DNA from: Octopus sinensis
Taxonomy: Eukaryota
Assembly: GCF_006345805.1 (NCBI RefSeq)
Contig: NW_021828448.1
Span: 1-6,069 of the forward strand
DNA length: 6,069 nt
Reading direction: 5' to 3'
Below the pieces are notes generated by a model, which was given only the letters and a program-made list of their open reading frames with translations, had not been told where the DNA came from and searched no databases. This document shows positions 1 through 6,069 of the stretch, piece after piece. A program made the position numbers and the translations under genes. How positions within the stretch are numbered: the first letter of the stretch is position 1; each line of letters opens with the position of its first letter.

Positions 1-16
1 AATAACAGATAAAGCA

Positions 17-280
17 ATGCGGTCATTCTACAATTTGCAACAACTTATTTGTGTGAAAGGGATTTTCGGCATTACAAAACCATTAAAACAAATAAGCGAG
101 AAAATCTATGGATTTAGATTCAGAAATGCGACTGGCCTATCAAATATTGAGACAGACATAGAAAAATTATGTAAAATAATAAATTTGAATTTGGAAGAAT
201 TTTATAATTATGTTTTGATTTTTGATTATGGCCGCGGAGATTATTTTTTTAGCATTTGCGCGCGCGAGAAATTCTCGTGA
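17..280 (+). CDS. 87-aa ORF of unknown significance, probably spurious
   Basis: Present in the ORF track only. I recognise no domain or RBS, the context looks like eukaryotic repeat DNA, and its stop codon abuts the satellite junction. Confidence 0.1.
   Translation: MRSFYNLQQLICVKGIFGITKPLKQISEKIYGFRFRNATGLSNIETDIEKLCKIINLNLEEFYNYVLIFDYGRGDYFFSICAREKFS
258..279. other. (GC)n tract plus inverted repeat at the array boundary
   Basis: GCGCGCGCG at 258-266 overlaps the inverted repeat CGAGAA-A-TTCTCG at 265-277, which extends imperfectly to 263-279. CCGCGG lies at 232-237. Confidence 0.7.
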
Positions 281-2040
281 AAACTATGATTTAGTCTAAA
301 GAACCCCATAGCCTCAATCCTGACCTCCCAAATTGCCATAATATAAATGTTACTCACTCAATTTATGATATAATCTCAAGTACCCCATATCCTAAAAATT
401 AGAAACATCTCCAAATTGGAAAGTATATAACGCAATTTATACATATCTCCAGAACCCATATATCTTTACATATAGGGACCTCCAAAAATTACGTAATATA
501 TTAGGCAATTTATTACATAATCTAAAATACCCACTTATTCACACATCTAGAGACCTCTCTAAAATGTAGTATATATTACGCAATTAATTACATAATCTCA
601 ATACCCTAAATCCTCACATCCTGAACCCCCAAATTGCATAATATGTTACATATTTATTACAAATTTCAAGTACCCCATATCCCAACATTTAGGGACCTCT
701 CCAATTGAAAATATATAACGCAATAAATTAAATAATCTCAAGAACCCATATATCCTCACATCGTGGGACCTCTCCAAATTTCATATTTTACGCAATTTAT
801 TACGCAAGTAATTACATAATCTCAAGTACCCCTAAATCCTCACATCCTGACACCTCCCCAAATTGCATAATATAAATGTTACACAATTTATGATATAATT
901 TCAAGTACCTCCATATCCTAAAATTTAGAAACCTCTCCAAATTGGAAAGTATTTAACACAATTTAGTACATAATCTCAAGAACCCATATATCTTTACATA
1001 TAGGGACCTCCAAAAATTCGTAATATATTAGGCAATTTATTAAACAATCTCAAGTACCCACTTATTCACACATCTAGAGACCTCTTAAATTGTAGTTGAT
1101 ATTACGCAATTAATTTCATAATCTCAAATACCCCTAAATCCTCACATCCTGACACCTCCCCAAATTGCATTATATGTTACATAATTTATTACAAAATTTC
1201 AAGTACCCCCATATCCCAACATTTAGGGACCTCTCCAATTGAAAATATATAACGCAATAAATTAAATAATCTCAAGAACCCATATATCCTCACATCGTGG
1301 GACCTCTCCAAATTTCATATTTTACGCAATTTATTACGCAATTAATTACATAATCTCAAGTACCCCTAAATCCTCACATCCTGACACCTCCCCAAATTGC
1401 ATAATATAAATTTTACTCAATTTATGATATTATCAAGTACTCCATATCCTAAAATTTAGAAACCTCTCCAAATTGGAAAGTATATAACACAATTTAGTAC
1501 ATAATCTCAAGAACCCATATATCTTTAAATATAGGGACCTCCAAAAATTACGTAATATATTAGGCAATTTATTACATAATCTCAAGTACCCACTTATTCA
1601 CATATAGAGACCTCTTGATTGTAGTTATATATTACGCAATTAATTACATAATCTCAAGTACCCCTAAATCATCACATCCTGGCACCTTCCCAAATTGCAT
1701 AATATGTTACATAATTTATTTCAAAATCTCAAGTACCCCCATATCCAAACATTTAGAGACCTCTCCAAATGAAAATACATAACGAAATTCTTTAAATAAT
1801 CTCAAGAACCCATAGATCCTTACATCCTGGGACCTCTGGAAATTTCATATTTTAAGCAATTTATTACGCAAATTATTACATAGTCTAAAGAACCCCTAAA
1901 TCCTCACATCCTGACACCTCCCCAAATTGATAATATAAATGTTACTCAATTTATGATACAATATTAAGTACCCCCATAACCTAAAATTTAGAAACATCTC
2001 CAAATTGGAAAGTATATTACGCAATTTATTACATAATCTA
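281..2040. repeat. HOR variant family I, left block (HOR1-3 plus A and B of HOR4)
   Basis: Diagnostic variants: B with GAAAC(A/C)TCTCCAAATTGG; F with TTTAGGGACC...CCAATTGAAA...GCAATAAATTA and G with CATCGTGGGACC (both in HOR1-2). HOR3 is a diverged intermediate. Confidence 0.8.
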
Positions 2041-5000
2041 AAATACCCACTTATTCACACATCTAGAGACCTCTCTAAATTGTAGTATATATTACGCAAT
2101 TAATTACATAATCTCAAGTACCCCTAAATCCTCACATCCTGGCACCTCCCCAAATTGCATAATATGTTACATAATTTATTACAAAATCTCAAGTAACCCC
2201 ATATCCCAACATTTAGAGACCTCTCCAAATGAAAATATATAACGCAATCTATTAAATAATCTCAAGAACCAATATATCCTCACATCCTGGAAACTCTCCA
2301 AAATTCATATTTTACGCAATTTATTACATAATTTCAAGAACCCCCATAGCCTCACATCCTGGACCTCCCCAAATTGCATAATATAAATGTTACTCACTCA
2401 ATTTATGATATAATCTCAAGTACCCCATATTCCTAAAATTAAGAAACTTCTATAATTGGAAGTATATAACGCAATTTAGTACATAATCTCAAGAACCCAT
2501 ATATCTTTACATATGGGACCTCCAAAAATTACGTAATATATTAGGCAATTTATTACACAATCTCAAGTACCCACTTATTCACACATCTAGAGACCTCTTA
2601 AATTGTAGTGATATATTACGCAATTAATTACATAATCTCAAGTACCCCTAAATCCTCACATCCGGGCACCTCCCCAAATTGCATAATATGTTACATAATT
2701 ATTCAAAATCTCAAGTAACCCCATCCCAACATTTAGAGACCTCTCCAAATGAAAATATATACGCAATCTATTAAATAATCTCAAGAACCAAAATATCCTC
2801 ACATCCTGGAAACTCTGCAAAATTCATATTTTACGCAATTTATTACGCAATTTATTACATAATTTAAAGAACCCCCATATCCTCACATCCTGCAACCTCC
2901 CCATATTGCATAATATAAATGTTACTCAATTTATGATATAATCTCAAGTACCCCCATATCCTAAAATTAAGAAATTTCTATAAATTGGAAAGTATATAAC
3001 GCAATTTAGTACATAATCTCAAGAACCCATATATCTTTACATATAGGGACCTCCAAAAATTACGTAATATATTAGGCAATTTATTACACAATCTCAAGTA
3101 CCCACTTATTCACACATCTAGAGACCTCTCTAAATTGTAGTATATATTACGCAATTAATTACATAATCTCAAGTACCCCTAAATCCTCACATCCTGGCAC
3201 CTCCCCAAATTGCATAATATGTTACATAATTTATTACAAAATCTCAAGTAACCCCATATCCCAACATTTAGAGACCTCTCCAAATGAAAATATATAACGC
3301 AATCTATTAAATAATCTCAAGAACCAATATATCCTCACATCCTGGAAACTCTCCAAAATTCATATTTTACGCAATTTATTACATAATTTCAAGAACCCCC
3401 ATATCCTCACATCCTGCAACCTCCTCATATTGCATAATATAAATGTTACTCAATTTATGATATAATCTCAAGTACCCCCATATCCTAAAATTAAGAAACT
3501 TCTATAAATTGGAAAGTATATAACGCAATTTAGTACATAATCTCAAGAACCCATATATCTTTACATATAGGGACCTCCAAAAATTACGTAATATATTAGG
3601 CAATTTATTACACAATCTCAAGTACCCACTTATTCACACATCTAGAGACCTCTTAAATTGTAGTTGATATTACGCAATTAATTACATAATCTCAAGTACC
3701 CCTAAATCCTCACATCCGGGCACCTCCCCAAATTGCATAATATGTTACATAATTTATTTCAAAATCTCAAGTAACCCCATATCCCAACATTTAGAGACCT
3801 CTCCAAATGAAAATATATACGCAATCTATTAAATAATCTCAAGAACCAAAATATCCTCACATCCTGGAAACTCTGCAAAATTCATATTTTACGCAATTTA
3901 TTACGCAATTTATTACATAATTTAAAGAACCCCCATATCCTCACATCCTGCAACCTCCCCATATTGCATAATATAAATGTTACTCAATTTATGATATAAT
4001 CTCAAGTACCCCCATATCCTAAAATTAAGAAACTTCTATAAATTGGAAAGTATATAACGCAATTTAGTACATAATCTCAAGAACCCATATATCTTTACAT
4101 ATAGGGACCTCCAAAAATTACGTAATATTTTAGGCAATTTATTACACAATCTCAAGTACCCACTTATTCACACATCTAGAGACCTCTCTAAATTGTAGTA
4201 TATATTACGCAATTAATTACATAATCTCAAGTACCCCTAAATCCTCACATCCTGGCACCTCCCCAAATTGCATAATATGTTACATAATTTATTACAAAAT
4301 CTCAAGTAACCCCATATCCCAACATTTAGAGACCTCTCCAAATGAAAATATATAACGCAATCTATTAAATAATCTCAAGAACCAATATATCCTCACATCC
4401 TGGAAACTCTCCAAAATTCATATTTTACGCAATTTATTACATAATTTCAAGAACCCCATATTCCTCACATCCTGCAACCTCCTCATATTGCATAATATAA
4501 ATGTTACTCAATTTATGATATAATCTCAAGTACCCCATATCCTAAAATTAGAAACTTCTATAAATTGGAAAGTATATAACGCAATTTAGTACATAATCTC
4601 AAGAACCCATATATCTTTACATATAGGGACCTCCAAAAATTACGTAATATATTAGGCAATTTATTACACAATCTCAAGTACCCACTTATTCACACATCTA
4701 GAGACCTCTTAAATTGTAGTTGATATTACGCAATTAATTACATAATCTCAAGTACCCCTAAATCCTCACATCCGGGCACCTCCCCAAATTGCATAATATG
4801 TTACATAATTTATTTCAAAATCTCAAGTAACCCCATATCCCACATTTAGAGACCTCTCCAATGAAAATATATACGCATCTATTAAATAATCTCAAGAACC
4901 AAAATATCCTCACATCCTGGAAACTCTGCAAAATTCATATTTTACGCAATTTATTACGCAATTATTACGCAATTTATTACATAATTTAAAGAACCCCATA

Positions 5001-5372
5001 TCCTCACATCCTGCAACCTCCCCATATTGCATAATATAAATGTTACTCAATTTATGATAATCTCAAGTACCCCCATATCCTAAAATTAAGAAACTTCTAT
5101 AAATTGGAAAGTATATAACGCAATTTAGTACATAATCTCAAGAACCCATATATCTTTACATATAGGGACCTCCAAAAATTACGTAATATATTAGGCAATT
5201 TATTACACAATCTCAAGTACCCACTTATTCACACATCTAGAGACCTCTTAAATTGTAGTTGATATTACGCAATTAATTACATAATCTCAAGTACCCCTAA
5301 ATCCTCACATCCTGGCACCTCCCCAAATTACATATTTTACGCAATTAATTACGCAAATTATTATTTAGTCTA
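2041..5372. repeat. HOR variant family II, homogeneous central block with alternating X/Y HOR types (~1.06 kb period)
   Basis: Diagnostic variants: F starts AAGTAACCCC and has GCA(A)TCTATT; G starts AAGAACCAA and has CCTGGAAACTC; B has AGAAA(C/T)TTCTATAA; A has CCTGCAACC from HOR6 on. E monomers alternate CCTGG/CCGGG, with CCGG at 2662, 3716 and 4772. Confidence 0.85.
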
Positions 5373-6069
5373 AAGAACCCCCATAGCCTCACATCCTGGA
5401 CCTCCCCAAATTGCATAATATAAATGTTACTCACTCAATTTATGATATAATCTCAAGTACCCCCATATCCTAAAAATTAGAAACATCTCCAAATTGGAAA
5501 GTATATAACGCAATTTAGTACATAATCTCCAGAACCCATATATCTTTACATATAGGGACCTCCAAAAATTACGTAATATATTAGGCAATTTATTACATAA
5601 TCTAAAATACCCACTTATTCACACATCTAGAGACCTCTCTAAATTGTAGTATATATTACGCAATTAATTACATAATCTCAAGTACCCCTAAATCCTCACA
5701 TCCTGAAACCTCCCCAAATTGCATAATATGTTACATAATTTATTACAAAATTTCAAGTACCCCCATATCCCAACATTTAGGGACCTCTCCAATTGAAAAT
5801 ATATAACGCAATAAATTAAATAATCTCAAGAACCCATATATCCTCACATCGTGGGACCTCTCCAAATTTCATATTTTACGCAATTATTACGCACATAATT
5901 ACATATCTCAAGTCCCTAATCCTCACATTGACACCTCCCCAATATTGCATAATATAAATGTTACTCAATTTATGATATAATTTCAAGTACCCCCATATCC
6001 TAAAATTAGAAACCTCTCTAAATTGGAAAGTATTAACGCAATTTAGTACATAATCTCAAGAACCCATAT
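5373..6069. repeat. HOR variant family I, right block (HOR11 plus start of HOR12), a near-copy of 299-~990
   Basis: Shares rare variants with HOR1: TTTAGTCTAAAGAACC at the start, ATAGCCTC, TACTCACTCA, TCTCCAGAACC (5526-5536 vs 446-456), TCTAAAATACCCAC, CCTGAA, TTTAGGGACC and CATCGTGGG. Confidence 0.88.

Larger units (their letters stand above)
1..280. other. Unique (non-satellite) AT-rich flank of the array
   Basis: No monomer anchor occurs before ~281. Similarity to the array starts at 281: AAACTATGATTTAGTCT matches AAATTATTATTTAGTCT at 5355-5371 at 15/17 positions. Confidence 0.85.
281..6069. repeat. Satellite-type tandem array: ~75-bp monomers organised as a 7-monomer (~525-540 bp) higher-order repeat
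   Basis: The anchor (AT)AATCTCAAG(T/A)ACCC recurs every ~72-84 nt. Monomer types recur in the order A(~79)-B(~75)-C(75)-D(~75)-E(75)-F(73)-G(72/84). HOR starts at the AAG anchor of monomer A: 299, 824, 1358, 1888, 2336, 2867, 3391, 3925, 4449, 4989, 5373, 5910. HOR6 (2867-3390) and HOR8 (3925-4448) differ at only 2 of 524 nt, whereas different monomer types are only about 60-75% alike by eye. The ORF track shows no ORFs here. Confidence 0.98.

Noticed and set aside
96-117. Partial direct repeat of the junction (GCGAGAAAATCT vs GCGAGAAATTCT at 264-275; AAAATCTATGGATTTAG vs AAAACTATGATTTAG at 280-294)
   Set aside because: The matches are short, gapped and AT-rich, so they are compatible with chance.
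17-280. XRE-like helix-turn-helix protein (TGLSNIE...KLCKIINLNLEEF superficially resembles an HTH C-terminus)
   Set aside because: The spacing of the recognition helix does not fit, the similarity is short and low-complexity, and nearby sequence appears indel-prone. An HMMER/Pfam search would be needed to decide.
263-299. Canonical Helitron 3' end (hairpin followed by CTRR)
   Set aside because: The nearest motif is CTAT (284-287), which is not CTRR. CTAA (296-299) belongs to the satellite monomer.
281-6069. CRISPR array (a conserved ~30-bp box alternating with ~45-bp variable segments)
   Set aside because: The apparent spacers are homologous to each other and recur in a fixed 7-cycle, the repeat box is degenerate, and no cas genes or leader are present.
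281-6069. Coding tandem repeat (repeat protein) on either strand
   Set aside because: The ORF track shows none, TAA stops are frequent, and monomer lengths vary by non-multiples of 3.
281-6069. Mammalian CENP-B box or true telomere tract
   Set aside because: I saw no YTTCGTTGGAARCGGGA-like motif, and CCCTAAA occurs only as isolated single copies, never in tandem.
281-6069. Baculovirus hr origin, or organelle control-region / maxicircle divergent-region repeat
   Set aside because: There are no EcoRI-centred ~30-bp palindromes and no flanking viral or organellar genes. An organellar origin is not strictly excluded, but nothing in the window supports it.

Overview
Only the first ~280 bp are unique. 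Everything from ~281 to the end of the window (6069) is one non-coding, AT-rich tandem array (~31% GC, C:G about 3:1 on the + strand) that looks like eukaryotic satellite DNA. The basic monomer is ~75 bp (68-95 bp), and I count 76 complete monomers plus a partial one. The monomers fall into 7 types (A-G) in fixed order, forming a ~525-540 bp higher-order repeat (HOR) present in 11 copies plus the start of a 12th. Further levels of periodicity are visible: a 12-bp sub-repeat inside monomers, a ~1.06 kb alternating HOR pair in the middle, and a ~5.07 kb recurrence of the first HOR variant at the end. Two truncated HORs contain chimeric monomers that look like recombination scars. The array boundary at ~280 has a CpG-rich palindromic motif. 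I cannot support any gene: the 87-aa ORF is probably spurious. This is not a CRISPR array. The host organism and the function (centromeric, telomeric or other) cannot be determined from sequence alone. All coordinates and counts were made by hand.
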